From Syntrophaceae bacterium (GTDB taxonomy: Bacteria; Desulfobacterota; Syntrophia; Syntrophales; UBA2185), in contig PMBI01000082.1 in the NCBI GenBank assembly GCA_003153775.1, positions 46,130-110,129 of the forward strand: a stretch of 64,000 nucleotides of DNA, in the 5' to 3' direction. Made by a program: the position numbers and the translations under genes. This document shows positions 28,882 through 38,789 of this stretch, in pieces (the stretch's first letter is position 1; each line of letters begins with the position of its first letter). Below the pieces are notes generated by a model. The model was not told the DNA's origin and searched no databases. It was given only the letters and a program-made list of their open reading frames with translations.

Positions 28882-30489
28882 ATGAAAATAAAATTCATGG
28901 GGGCGGCAAGGACAGTAACCGGTTCCTGCTACATTATCGAAACTAAGGACCATCGATTTGCTATTGACTGCGGGATGCATCAGGGGAATGCGGAAATAGA
29001 GAAAAGGAACTGGGATGTCGATATCTATCAACCTGCCGACATAGAATTTTTTCTCATCACCCATGCCCACATAGACCATTGTGGTCTTCTGCCGCGGATT
29101 GTTGAGAAGGGATTTAACGGAAAGATTTATACAACGCCGCCAACGATGGATCTACTGAAGATATTGCTTCTCGACAGCGCCCATATTCAGGAGATGGAAG
29201 CGCAGTGGAAAAGCAAGAAGCATCTCCGCCGGGGAGAAGAAAAGATCAAGCCTTTATATACACAGAAGGATGCAGAAGCGGTATTTCCTATGTTTAAGGT
29301 GGTTTCGTACGGCGAAGTTTTCGAACCTTTCACCGGCCTCAAAGTGACTTTCAAGGACGCAGGCCACATCTTGGGCGCATCGCTCATCGAACTTTCCATT
29401 GAAGAAAACGGCGCGACCGTCAAGCTCGTTTTTTCCGGCGATATAGGCCGACCCGCCCAACTGCTCATGGAAGATCCGACTGTTGTCGATGCTGCGGATT
29501 TCCTCTTCCTGGAGTCAACATACGGCGACCGCAATCATAAGGACGAAAATGACAGCCTGAACGAACTGGCGGAGGCCATAGCCTATAGTTACGGCAACAG
29601 GGAGAAGGTGATAATCCCCGCCTTCGCCGTGGAGAGAACCCAGGAGATGATGTATTGTCTGTATCTTCTCTCCAAGGATGGAAGGCTTCCCCAGGACATG
29701 CCCGTCTATCTGGACAGCCCTTTGGCCATCCAGGCTACGGAGATATTCCGTCGCCACACGGCTTACCTGGATGATGAGACCAGGGCGCTTATAAAGAAAG
29801 GGGAGGATCCCTTGAATCTGCCGCAATTACATTTCACTCCCACGACGGCGGAATCTATGGCAATCAACAATATCTCAGGACCGGCGATTGTCATTTCCGC
29901 CAGCGGCATGGCCGATGCGGGGAGGATAAAACACCATCTGCGGCACAACATATGGCGGGAAGGCGCCAGTATTGTGTTTGTAGGCTTTCAGGCCCAGGGA
30001 ACGACGGGTCGTAAGATCGTGGACGGCGCAAAGAAGATTCGTCTCTTCAATGAGGATATTGCCATAAAGGCCAGGGTCTTTACGATAAATGGATTTTCGG
30101 CCCATGCCGGTCAAACCCAGCTTCTGGACTGGCTGAGACATTTTCGGAGCCGGGATATGCAGGTCTTCCTCGTACACGGCGAATATGGAGCCCAGCAGGT
30201 GCTTGCGGGCCTCATTAAGGAGCGATTCGGCTTCAAGGTGATGATCCCTCAATATCTTGAAGAAACTACCCTCGAGCCGGGCCGCGTACTTAAGCGGGTG
30301 GAGTATCCGGAGAAAGCGGTTCCCTCGATTGACTGGAATTACATAATTGAAAATATCGGCGCCAGGGTTGCACAGCTCAGGGAAAGAAGGGCAGGGCTGG
30401 AATCAAAGCCGTGGGTGGAACAGACAGAGATCAGAGATCAGCTCCTCGATCTCGACCGCGTCCTCACGGAAATAAATTCTGAAGTGTGA
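28882..30489 (+). CDS. MBL-fold beta-CASP RNA-metabolising hydrolase
   Basis: The HAHIDHCG motif, beta-CASP segments and a C-terminal RNA-specificity-type region are present. I chose the ATG at 28882 (MKIKFMGAARTVTGS). Confidence 0.85.
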   Translation: MKIKFMGAARTVTGSCYIIETKDHRFAIDCGMHQGNAEIEKRNWDVDIYQPADIEFFLITHAHIDHCGLLPRIVEKGFNGKIYTTPPTMDLLKILLLDSAHIQEMEAQWKSKKHLRRGEEKIKPLYTQKDAEAVFPMFKVVSYGEVFEPFTGLKVTFKDAGHILGASLIELSIEENGATVKLVFSGDIGRPAQLLMEDPTVVDAADFLFLESTYGDRNHKDENDSLNELAEAIAYSYGNREKVIIPAFAVERTQEMMYCLYLLSKDGRLPQDMPVYLDSPLAIQATEIFRRHTAYLDDETRALIKKGEDPLNLPQLHFTPTTAESMAINNISGPAIVISASGMADAGRIKHHLRHNIWREGASIVFVGFQAQGTTGRKIVDGAKKIRLFNEDIAIKARVFTINGFSAHAGQTQLLDWLRHFRSRDMQVFLVHGEYGAQQVLAGLIKERFGFKVMIPQYLEETTLEPGRVLKRVEYPEKAVPSIDWNYIIENIGARVAQLRERRAGLESKPWVEQTEIRDQLLDLDRVLTEINSEV

Positions 30490-30517
30490 CATCACCGTCG
30501 GTGACACAGACATCGTT

Positions 30518-31072
30518 CTATTCGACTATCTTGTACTGGAATCTTGCCACAACGTTCAATTGCGAAATATTGAACTCACGCGGCAGGGGGTCATAGGGGG
30601 CGGCAGACCTGACGACATCAAGAGCTCCCTCGTCGAGGTAATTGTGTCCTGATGATTCGAGGATACTGCTCGATGTAATGTCCCCGCCTTCGCCTATGGA
30701 AAATTTAACGACGGCGACCCCTTCTTCCTCCCGGTCAAAGGCAGCCTTGGGATATATCCATATGTCTTCAATTTTTTTCTTTATCCTTTTAAGGTAAGAC
30801 GAATATTTGATGTCAATGCTGCCGAGGTCTACGGTCTCTTCTCTTTTCACGCGGCGGCTGTTGACTTGTTCTTCGACCTGATGGACTGGCTTCTCGGCCT
30901 CTTCTTGCGTGATTTTGTCTTTAGCTGCAGCGGGTTCTTTCAAGGTGACGATTAAGATATCTTCCTTGCGGGCTTTACCGCGAAAGTCTATAAAGCCTGT
31001 GGCACACAGCATGGCCACGTGGCTGGCAAGGGATATCAGTACGGATATGATCAATATTTTTTTTGACGTCAT
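30518..31072 (-). CDS. TonB C-terminal domain protein
   Basis: 184 aa with an N-terminal TM anchor, a charged linker and a C-terminal GVAVVKFSI...VVRSAAPYDPLP TonB-type fold. Confidence 0.7.
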   Translation of the reverse strand: MTSKKILIISVLISLASHVAMLCATGFIDFRGKARKEDILIVTLKEPAAAKDKITQEEAEKPVHQVEEQVNSRRVKREETVDLGSIDIKYSSYLKRIKKKIEDIWIYPKAAFDREEEGVAVVKFSIGEGGDITSSSILESSGHNYLDEGALDVVRSAAPYDPLPREFNISQLNVVARFQYKIVE

Positions 31073-31180
31073 CGCGGCGGCCTTTTCTTGCCCGGATAAT
31101 ACGTCAATGAGCGTATAAAAATCAACAATTTGTTAAGGTACAGGAGATGTCTTGCCTGACCCTGTCACAATAGGTGATTC

Positions 31181-31660
31181 GTGGATTCTGTTGATGAAAA
31201 ATTTATGACCATCGCCCTTGAACAAGCCTCCCTGGCTTTTCGGGAAGGGGAGGTTCCTGTAGGCGCGGTGATTACCCTAAGGGGTGAGATATTATCAGCG
31301 GCGCGCAACAGATGTATTTCACTTTCTGATCCTTCTGCACATGCAGAGATCCTCGCTATCCGCGCGGCGGCGAGAAAGCTCGACAATTACCGCCTCATTG
31401 ATACCGCACTCTACGTGACACTCGAACCCTGCATCATGTGCGCGGGAGCAATCATACAGGCGCGGGTGCAGAGAGTCGTATTTGGTGCAGATGATCCCAA
31501 GAGCGGCGGCGCTGTCTCCCTTTACAGGCTCTTTCACGATAAGAGACTGAACCATACTGTGGAAATAGCAGGCGGCGTGAAGAAGGAAGCATGCGCGGAA
31601 ATTTTGAGTAGATTTTTTCATGAGAAGAGGATAACATCAAACACCGATTCGCGATCATAA
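31181..31660 (+). CDS. tadA: tRNA-specific adenosine deaminase
   Basis: HAEILAIR and PCIMCAGA zinc motifs, with GEVPVGAV near the N-terminus. Confidence 0.9.
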   Translation: MDSVDEKFMTIALEQASLAFREGEVPVGAVITLRGEILSAARNRCISLSDPSAHAEILAIRAAARKLDNYRLIDTALYVTLEPCIMCAGAIIQARVQRVVFGADDPKSGGAVSLYRLFHDKRLNHTVEIAGGVKKEACAEILSRFFHEKRITSNTDSRS

Positions 31661-31670
31661 TGAATCCTGC

Positions 31671-31764
31671 GGAGAGATACCGAAGTGGTCGTAACGGGAT
31701 CGACTCGAAATCGATTTGAGGGCCAAAAGCTCTCACGGGGGTTCGAATCCCCCTCTCTCCGCCA
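31671..31764 (+). tRNA. tRNA-Ser (anticodon CGA), CCA encoded
   Basis: The acceptor stem is GGAGAGA/TCTCTCC. The anticodon stem atcga/tcgat carries the loop CU-CGA-AA. It has a long variable arm and a T-arm GGGGGTTCGAATCCCCC. Confidence 0.9.
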
Positions 31765-31845
31765 GCATTAAGGAATAGAGATCAGGGAATAGGGATGAAG
31801 CAAATTTTTTCTGAACCCTTTTTACTTACACCTGATCCCCAAGAT

Positions 31846-31939
<94 letters not shown>

Positions 31940-32051
31940 GCATTGGGGGAGGCATCAGGGAATAGAGGGCAGGAAACAGCTAGGCGACAGTGATCAAGGA
32001 CATGTTAAGTCATCTCTTATTTCTATCACCTGTCCTCTGATCCTTCAATAT

Positions 32052-32153
32052 GATAGCCGGGTCCCGTGGAACGAAGGGTTGTAAACCCCGCCAGGTCCGG
32101 AAGGAAGCAACGGTAGCAATTTCCGACGTGTGCTGCGGGTAAGCCTGGCTATC
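32052..32153 (+). ncRNA. ffs: Signal recognition particle RNA (small 4.5S type)
   Basis: The conserved domain IV core is ccgccaggtccggaaggaagcaacggtagc. The terminal helix pairs gatagccgg with cctggctatc. The position just upstream of dnaX is classical. Confidence 0.85.
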
Positions 32154-32165
32154 TCCATAAGACTT

Positions 32166-32198
32166 GGCCTTTTCCGAGGTACGTCCGCGGAAAAGGCC
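32166..32198 (+). terminator. 11-bp perfect hairpin downstream of ffs
   Basis: Stem ggccttttccg / cggaaaaggcc. Only a short T tract follows. Confidence 0.35.
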
Positions 32199-32222
32199 TT
32201 AGTCGAATCCGGTAGCGAGCGC

Positions 32223-32321
32223 AATCCCAGCAGCTTGCTGCGGGATAAGCGGCGAATGGGGAATATTATAATTCCTTAAGGATCGAAGATTCTCCGCAGT
32301 TTGCTGCGGAGAGCTTCAAAT
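32223..32321 (+). repeat. Tandem degenerate + full copy of the recurring intergenic hairpin element
   Basis: 32272-32321 reads ttccttaaggatcgaagattctccgcagtttgctgcggagagcttcaaat. 32223-32250 (aatcccagcagcttgctgcgggataagc) is a degenerate copy. Confidence 0.8.
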
Positions 32322-32391
32322 GACCCCGGTAGCAAGAGCCGAGCCGGAGGGTCTCAGATTTAATCATAATCCCGCATGTGAGGAGCAGCGA

Positions 32392-34107
32392 GTGGAATAT
32401 CTTGTTCTGGCCAGAAAGTGCAGACCTCAAAACTTTGAAGAGGTAGTGGGGCAAGACCATGCGGTGAAGACCCTGAGGAATGCCATACATCAGGGCCGCA
32501 TCGCCCATGCCTTCATCTTCAGCGGGCCCCGCGGCGTAGGGAAGACCACCGTAGCGAGGATATTGGCCAAAGCCCTCAATTGTGAAAAAGGACCGGCAGA
32601 TGAGCCGTGTAATGAATGCAGCAATTGCCGGGAGATCACGGAAGGCATAGCCATGGATGTCCGTGAGATTGACGGCGCATCCAACAGGGGCATAGATGAG
32701 ATCAGGGAACTCAGGGAGAATGTCAAATTCTCTCCGCTGTCATCACGCTACAAGCTGTATATAATTGACGAAGTGCACATGTTGACGAGAGAGGCATTCA
32801 ACGCCCTTCTAAAGACCCTCGAAGAGCCGCCGGCGCATGTCATCTTTATTTTTGCCACGACAGAGATCCAAAAAATTCCGGCGACCATACTATCCCGATG
32901 CCAGTGCTTTGAATTCAGACGGATATCGCTGAAACAAATCAAAGACAGCCTGCGGCGAATCTCCGAAAAGGAAGGCGTTCAGATAAGCGAGAAGGGCCTG
33001 GCATGGGTCTCCGAAGCGGGCGATGGAAGTCTCAGAGACGCGCAGAGCATCCTGGACCAGATAATATCATATGCAGGCTTCGCAATCCGGGATCAGGATG
33101 TGGAGGACATACTCGGACTGACGGACAGACGTTTTCTTTTTCGGCTTTCCAAAGCAGTGTCTGAAAGAAATGCCGGCCTTTGCTTAAAGATCATTGAAGA
33201 AGGTTATTATGCGGGCCTTGACATGAAATACTTTTATCAGATGCTAATCGGTCATTTCAGAAATTTACTCATCACCAAAATCGTTGGGAAAGATCACGAC
33301 CTCTTTGATCTCGGAGATGAAGAAATGGCCAACCTCAGCATGCAGACGGAAGGTGTTTCGCAAGAGACCATACAGCGCCTGTTGGATATATTGATGGCGG
33401 AAGAGGAAAATGTGAAAAGAAGTCAGAATCCGCGCATAAACCTTGAGATGGTACTCGTCAGAATGGCCTATCTTGAGCCCATGATAGCAATCGATAAATG
33501 GCTTTCACGCATGGAAGGCCTGGAAAAGAGATTGGCTTCAGGTGGGACTGTCCATGTTAAACCGTCTTCATATGAGGTGCGGGAAGCAAGCGCTCTTCCT
33601 TCCCGCGGGCGGGAGGCCGCCAAGGCCGCTGAGTCGGGAATGGTCGGTGAAGCGCACCATGGACATGATGCGGCCGAAGGTAAAATCATGGAGGATATCT
33701 GGGAAGACTTAAAGGCCTTTGTCAAGAAACAGAGTTACCCGCTGTTTTCCAAAATTGAGCCGGGCGTATTTCTCGGATACGAAAACAAGCGGCTCAAGAT
33801 CGGGTTCCATAAGAATTATATTTTTTTGGATGACATAACTGGAAAGGCTCAGAAGGAACGACTTACGGAGATAGCGAAAGCGTACTTCCGCGATGATGTT
33901 ACCGTCATAATCGAATCTTTGGATACGGAACAGTACGGCCAGCGCAATAAGAATCATAATAGTGCTGCAAATAACAACAAGAATAATAATGCAAGACGCG
34001 ACGCCCTCAACCATCCGCTCCTGCAAAAGGTTCTGGATGTTTTTGATGGCGCTGTTGTGCGTGAGGTTACAACAACAGGGAGTAATGACGATTCCGTAAA
34101 ATCATAA
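32392..34107 (+). CDS. dnaX: DNA polymerase III subunit gamma/tau
   Basis: The GTG at 32392 is preceded by gaggag at 6-nt spacing and gives VEYLVLARKCRPQNFEEVVGQ, the canonical DnaX N-terminus. Walker A is GPRGVGKTT and the zinc module is CNECSNC. The ATG at 32320 in the track lies inside the repeat element. Confidence 0.9.
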   Translation: MEYLVLARKCRPQNFEEVVGQDHAVKTLRNAIHQGRIAHAFIFSGPRGVGKTTVARILAKALNCEKGPADEPCNECSNCREITEGIAMDVREIDGASNRGIDEIRELRENVKFSPLSSRYKLYIIDEVHMLTREAFNALLKTLEEPPAHVIFIFATTEIQKIPATILSRCQCFEFRRISLKQIKDSLRRISEKEGVQISEKGLAWVSEAGDGSLRDAQSILDQIISYAGFAIRDQDVEDILGLTDRRFLFRLSKAVSERNAGLCLKIIEEGYYAGLDMKYFYQMLIGHFRNLLITKIVGKDHDLFDLGDEEMANLSMQTEGVSQETIQRLLDILMAEEENVKRSQNPRINLEMVLVRMAYLEPMIAIDKWLSRMEGLEKRLASGGTVHVKPSSYEVREASALPSRGREAAKAAESGMVGEAHHGHDAAEGKIMEDIWEDLKAFVKKQSYPLFSKIEPGVFLGYENKRLKIGFHKNYIFLDDITGKAQKERLTEIAKAYFRDDVTVIIESLDTEQYGQRNKNHNSAANNNKNNNARRDALNHPLLQKVLDVFDGAVVREVTTTGSNDDSVKS

Positions 34108-34187
34108 AAAGAACATTAAGAGGGTCTCGTAAAGACGTCCATAGCAAAAGGGGCGTTCTTGGAGCGCCCACATTAGGAGGTATTTAA

Positions 34188-34502
34188 TTGACACAAAATT
34201 TTGGAAACATCATGAAACAGGCAAAGAAGATGCAGGAAAAAATCGCCAGCATACAGGCAGAGCTGGAAGGGAAGACAGTGGAGGCTACGGCCGGAGGAGG
34301 CATGGTAACCGTCGTGGTAAACGGGAAATTTGAGCTCCTGTCTCTTAAGATCGATAAAGAGGTCGTCAATCCGGCGGACGTCGATATGCTGGAGGACCTT
34401 ATCATAGCGGCAGTTAATGAAGGCATTCGCAAGGCCCAGGAAATGGCAACTGCGGAGATGTCCAAGATTACCGGCGGCTTCAATATCCCCGGGCTGATGT
34501 AG
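34188..34502 (+). CDS. ybaB: Nucleoid-associated protein YbaB/EbfC
   Basis: 104 aa. The TTG start follows aggagg. The [13 protein letters not shown]...[11 protein letters not shown] pattern is present, and the gene sits between dnaX and recR. Confidence 0.85.
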   Translation: MTQNFGNIMKQAKKMQEKIASIQAELEGKTVEATAGGGMVTVVVNGKFELLSLKIDKEVVNPADVDMLEDLIIAAVNEGIRKAQEMATAEMSKITGGFNIPGLM

Positions 34503-34513
34503 GGCGTTTCGAG

Positions 34514-35113
34514 ATGACAGGTTACGCCCTTCCTATAAAACGTTTGATCGGGGAGCTCGGGAAATTACCGGGCATAGGAGAAAAAACAGCCACGCGGTTG
34601 GCCACATTTATCCTGCGTGCATCCGAGGAAGATGCAAGAAGGCTCGCGCAGAGCATCTTGGAGGTAAAGCAGAAGATACGCTTCTGCTCCGTATGTTTCA
34701 ATCTTGCCGAAGGGGGTCTCTGCGAAATATGCATGGATCCTTTACGGGACAAGAACCTCATATGTGTTGTCGAAGAGCCTGACTCGCTCATTGCGATAGA
34801 AGAAAGCGGGAGCTTCAGAGGAACCTATCATGTGCTCCACGGGGCCTTGTCTCCTCTCGACGGTATCGGACCGGATCACCTGAGATTACGAGAGCTCGTA
34901 AAAAGGATCGCGGAGAACGGAGCGGAAGAGATAATAGTGGCAACAAATCCAAGCGTCCAGGGTGAAGCAACGGCCCTTCTCATTAACAAATCCGTCAAGC
35001 CTCTCGGCATCAGGGTAACCAGGATCGCCCTTGGTGTGCCCGTTGGCGGTGATCTGAAGTACATGGACAGGATGACGCTGTCTAAGTCCATGGAATACCG
35101 CAGAGGTCTCTGA
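34514..35113 (+). CDS. recR: Recombination protein RecR
   Basis: 199 aa with the HhH segment [13 protein letters not shown], a C4 zinc finger (CSVC...CEIC) and a Toprim segment. Confidence 0.92.
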   Translation: MTGYALPIKRLIGELGKLPGIGEKTATRLATFILRASEEDARRLAQSILEVKQKIRFCSVCFNLAEGGLCEICMDPLRDKNLICVVEEPDSLIAIEESGSFRGTYHVLHGALSPLDGIGPDHLRLRELVKRIAENGAEEIIVATNPSVQGEATALLINKSVKPLGIRVTRIALGVPVGGDLKYMDRMTLSKSMEYRRGL

Positions 35114-35267
35114 AAACTTTTTTTGGAGATTCAGCCAGTAAATAGTTGACAAAAAAATACTTGACAGGGACAGAATTTTGTAATAGGTAGCCCAACATCA
35201 TTTCTGTTCAGCGTTAGTTCATCGTTTTTAACAATTTCTGCATCAATCCAATCTGGGAGATTTTCCA

Positions 35268-35813
35268 ATGATAGAAGTAAGATGGCATGGAAGAGGTGGT
35301 CAGGGAGCGGTAACGTCGGTTGAATTACTCGCATTGACCGCCATCGGCGAGGGGAAGTATGCTCAAGGTTTTCCAAGTTTCGGACCTGAGAGAAGAGGAG
35401 CGCCGGTTGCAGCATTCAACCGGATTGATGATCACCACATAAAGGTCAGATCTCAGATTTACAATCCGGATGTAGTGGTTGTCCTGGATGAGAGTCTCAT
35501 CGGCATGGTTAATGTTGCCGACGGACTGAAACCAGAAGGCGTACTCATTGTTAACACAGCAAAAACAGCAAAAGAAATTGCGGAAATCACGAAGTTCAAG
35601 GGAAAGATCGCTACAGTCGATGGGTCATCCATTGCGTGGAAGGAGCTTGGCGTTCCGATTACGAATACGACCATGCTTGGGGCGGTGATCAAGTGTACGA
35701 ATGCTGTTAAAATTGAATCAGTGAAGGATCCGGTGGATCATAGGTTCGGCAGGATCGCCAACAAGAACATGGCGGCCATGAAACGGGCATACGACGAAGT
35801 CAAATTTAACTAA
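35268..35813 (+). CDS. porG: 2-oxoacid (pyruvate/ketoisovalerate-type):ferredoxin oxidoreductase, gamma subunit
   Basis: 181 aa. RWHGRGGQGAVTS is typical of gamma subunits. Confidence 0.85.
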   Translation: MIEVRWHGRGGQGAVTSVELLALTAIGEGKYAQGFPSFGPERRGAPVAAFNRIDDHHIKVRSQIYNPDVVVVLDESLIGMVNVADGLKPEGVLIVNTAKTAKEIAEITKFKGKIATVDGSSIAWKELGVPITNTTMLGAVIKCTNAVKIESVKDPVDHRFGRIANKNMAAMKRAYDEVKFN

Positions 35814-35840
35814 TAAGTGAATGAGTGTTGAGGTATCACA

Positions 35841-36128
35841 ATGACAGAGAAAAAGTGGCCAGAAACCTGGCAAGATACAAATCCGGGGCTCATGATATTC
35901 AAACCTGGAAGCTCACGGTCATATTTGACCGGGGGCTGGAGGGCACAGAAGCCTATCTGGGATAATACGAAATGCATCAAGTGCGGCGTCTGCTATCTGT
36001 TCTGTCCTGAAGCGTGCATAACGGAAGACGCGGAAGGGTTCTTTATGGCAGATCTGAATTACTGCAAGGGCTGCGGCATTTGCTACCACGAATGCTGGCC
36101 GCGCGCCATAAAGATGGTAGAGGACTGA
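35841..36128 (+). CDS. porD: 2-oxoacid:ferredoxin oxidoreductase, delta subunit (2x[4Fe-4S])
   Basis: 95 aa with CIKCGVCYLFCP and CKGCGICYHEC motifs. Confidence 0.85.
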   Translation: MTEKKWPETWQDTNPGLMIFKPGSSRSYLTGGWRAQKPIWDNTKCIKCGVCYLFCPEACITEDAEGFFMADLNYCKGCGICYHECWPRAIKMVED

Positions 36129-36141
36129 GGAGGGATACTTT

Positions 36142-37308
36142 ATGTCGAAACGAATTGGAATGGAAATTGCTATGGCCGCGGCAGAAGCGGTCGCTTTATG
36201 CAGACCCGATGTGATCGCGGCTTATCCCATCACGCCTAACACACATATACCCGAACACCTGGCAGACATTGTTGCCGATGGAGATCTTGACTGCGAATAT
36301 ATAGCTGTGGAATCCGAGCATTCGGCGCTGAGCGCCTGTACGGGAGCGTCGGCAGCGGGCGCACGCGTCTTTACGGCGACAAGTTCACAGGGACTGCTGT
36401 ATATGTATGAAATCGTTCCGGTCGTGCCGTCCATGAGGCTTCCTGTTATCATGTGCCTTGGCAACAGGGCGATATCGGGTCCTATCAACATCTGGAACGA
36501 TCACAGCGATTACATGTGCGTGAGGGATCTGGGTTGGATTTCAATGTTCGCGTCAAACGGCCAGGAAACCATCGATATGTGCATCCAGGCCTTCAAGATC
36601 GGTGAGCATGCGGATGTTATGCTGCCGGTGCTTGTAAATCTGGACGGTTTCCAGCTTACCCATGTGGTTGAGGCGATGATGATGCCGGATCAGGAGGAAG
36701 TAGACAAGTTCCTCCCGCCGCGAAAACCCTTCGCAGCCCTGCATCCGGATAATGTAGTGTCCATGGGAACCCTGGGACTCCCGGATATCTATAACGAGGC
36801 AAAAAAGGCCAATGATGAAGCGCTCATCAATTCGAAGAAGGTCATCCTTGAAATATGGAAAGAGTGGGAGACCATGTTCGGCCGGAAGTATGAACCCATC
36901 ATGTCCTATAAGGCAAATGATGCCGATGTACTCATGCTTACCATGGGATCCATGGGTGAAACAGCGCAGGTTGCCATTGATGAGTTGCGCAAAGAAGGGT
37001 TCAAGGCCGGACTGTTAGACCTGAAGCTTTACAGACCATTTCCTGCGGATGAATTGAAAAAGGCAGTGAAAGGATGCAAGAATCTGATTGTTATAGATCG
37101 GGCTGTTATGTCTGGCGGTGCTGCTGCTCCTGTCTGTGCCGAGGTGAAATCTGTCCTTTATGATGAGCCGGATCGTCCCGTGATAACTAACGATATCATC
37201 GGCCTCGGTGGTCGCGACGTACGGGTCGAAGACTTTATAAAAATCTTCAAGAAGGCAGCCAAGGCTAAACCCGAAAGAGCATATGAAATTTACGGAGTGA
37301 GGGGATAA
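36142..37308 (+). CDS. porA: 2-oxoacid:ferredoxin oxidoreductase, alpha subunit
   Basis: 388 aa with YPITPNT and ESEHSA segments. Confidence 0.88.
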   Translation: MSKRIGMEIAMAAAEAVALCRPDVIAAYPITPNTHIPEHLADIVADGDLDCEYIAVESEHSALSACTGASAAGARVFTATSSQGLLYMYEIVPVVPSMRLPVIMCLGNRAISGPINIWNDHSDYMCVRDLGWISMFASNGQETIDMCIQAFKIGEHADVMLPVLVNLDGFQLTHVVEAMMMPDQEEVDKFLPPRKPFAALHPDNVVSMGTLGLPDIYNEAKKANDEALINSKKVILEIWKEWETMFGRKYEPIMSYKANDADVLMLTMGSMGETAQVAIDELRKEGFKAGLLDLKLYRPFPADELKKAVKGCKNLIVIDRAVMSGGAAAPVCAEVKSVLYDEPDRPVITNDIIGLGGRDVRVEDFIKIFKKAAKAKPERAYEIYGVRG

Positions 37309-37310
37309 TC

Positions 37311-38276
37311 ATGAAGAGTATTGTAGAAAATTTTGATTTGTTTGCCCCAAAGCTGGTTGATAAAGAGGAATATTACTGTTCAGGACATCGCGCCTGCCAG
37401 GGTTGCGGTGAAGCATTAGCAATCCGCCTGATGGCAAAGGCTTTGGGTAAAGATACGGTAGTGACCAATGCTACGGGATGTATGGAAGTTACTGCTACCC
37501 CTTATCCGACGACGGCGTGGAAGCTTCCGTGGGTGCATGTGGCGTTTCCGAATTCCGCTGCCGTGGGAGCGGGTGTTGAGGCCGCCTTGAAAAGCCTTCG
37601 CAGGAAGGGGAAAATCGCTGACAGGGATGTAAAGGTGGTTTCCATCGGAGGCGATGGAGGGTCCTTTGACATTGGTTTCCAGGCCATTTCTGGAGCCATG
37701 GAGCGCGGTCATAACATGATCTATATCGTCTACGACAATGAAGCCTACATGAACACGGGCATTCAGCGTTCCGGCGCAACGCCCTACGGGGCATCGACAA
37801 CGACGAGACCCGCGGGCAAGCAAAGCGTCGGAAACACTACGTGGAAGAAGAACATGGCCGAGATCATGGTGGCCCACAAGGTGCCCTATGTGGCCACGGC
37901 TTGCCACAGCTACCCGTTTGATTTTATGGATAAAGTCAAAAAAGCAAAAAAAGTGAACGGTCCTGCCTTCATCCACTGTCTGGCTGTCTGCCCGACAGGA
38001 TGGCGGTGTCCGTCGGATGCATGTATCAAGATGGGCCGTCTCGCTGTGGAAACAGGTGTGTTCCCGCTGTACGAGGTGGAAAACGGGAAATACAAAATGA
38101 CCATTGAGATGCCCAAGAAGCTTCGGCCCATAGAAGATTATCTGAAGCCTCAGGGACGCTTCAGGCATCTCACGCCGGATCAGATTCAGATTTTCAAGGG
38201 AATGGCAATGCTTGAATACAATAAAGTGTTGGAGAGGATTAAGCATTCAAAATCCTGGTCGGATATGACAAGTTAA
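37311..38276 (+). CDS. porB: 2-oxoacid:ferredoxin oxidoreductase, beta subunit (TPP-binding)
   Basis: 321 aa with the Cys motif CQGCG, the TPP motif [10 protein letters not shown]...[10 protein letters not shown], and CPTGW. Confidence 0.88.
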   Translation: MKSIVENFDLFAPKLVDKEEYYCSGHRACQGCGEALAIRLMAKALGKDTVVTNATGCMEVTATPYPTTAWKLPWVHVAFPNSAAVGAGVEAALKSLRRKGKIADRDVKVVSIGGDGGSFDIGFQAISGAMERGHNMIYIVYDNEAYMNTGIQRSGATPYGASTTTRPAGKQSVGNTTWKKNMAEIMVAHKVPYVATACHSYPFDFMDKVKKAKKVNGPAFIHCLAVCPTGWRCPSDACIKMGRLAVETGVFPLYEVENGKYKMTIEMPKKLRPIEDYLKPQGRFRHLTPDQIQIFKGMAMLEYNKVLERIKHSKSWSDMTS

Positions 38277-38308
38277 GTTGCTATTATACGGGATAAGGTG
38301 ATTGAAGT

Positions 38309-38776
38309 ATGAAGACAGCGAAGAACAAGCAGAAATCGGTTAAAAGCATCATAAAGAAATATGATGGCGACAAGACAGCAATGATAGCCATCCTTCAGGA
38401 TGTGCAGGAAGAATTCAGATATCTACCAAAGGAAGCGCTTTCCTCTATTAGTAAGCAGATGGAGGTGCCCCTCACCAGGATCTATGAGATTGCAACATTT
38501 TACAACGCCTTCAGCCTCAAGCCTCGGGGCAGGAACTTGGTAGAGGTGTGCGCCGGGACGGCGTGTCACGTTCAAGGGGCTGCCAATCTCATGGACAGGA
38601 TAGAGAGAGATCTCAAGATTTGTTGCGGCGAAACGACGAAGGATAAAAAGTTCACCCTCGAAGAGGTCAGATGTCTCGGATGTTGCAGTCTGGCGCCTGT
38701 CGCGCGGATAAGCGGTAACATTCATCCTAACTTAACGCAGGACCAAATTCCGAAGGTTTTGGCAAATTATAAATAA
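38309..38776 (+). CDS. NuoE/HydC-like [2Fe-2S] thioredoxin-fold subunit
   Basis: 155 aa with the CAGTACH...CLGCCSLAP cysteine pattern. It starts 32 nt after porB. Confidence 0.85.
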   Translation: MKTAKNKQKSVKSIIKKYDGDKTAMIAILQDVQEEFRYLPKEALSSISKQMEVPLTRIYEIATFYNAFSLKPRGRNLVEVCAGTACHVQGAANLMDRIERDLKICCGETTKDKKFTLEEVRCLGCCSLAPVARISGNIHPNLTQDQIPKVLANYK

Positions 38777-38789
38777 TAGGGGTGGAAAA

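Noticed and set aside
32320-32391. The ATG at 32320 as the dnaX start (adds 24 residues, MTPVARAEPEGLRF...).
   Set aside because: This ATG lies inside the repeated hairpin element. The GTG at 32392 has a gaggag RBS and yields the canonical DnaX N-terminus.
35146-35190. Two TTGACA hexamers upstream of porG as promoter -35 elements.
   Set aside because: Neither has a credible -10 hexamer at 16-18 nt (the best are taggta and taatag), so no promoter feature is reported.
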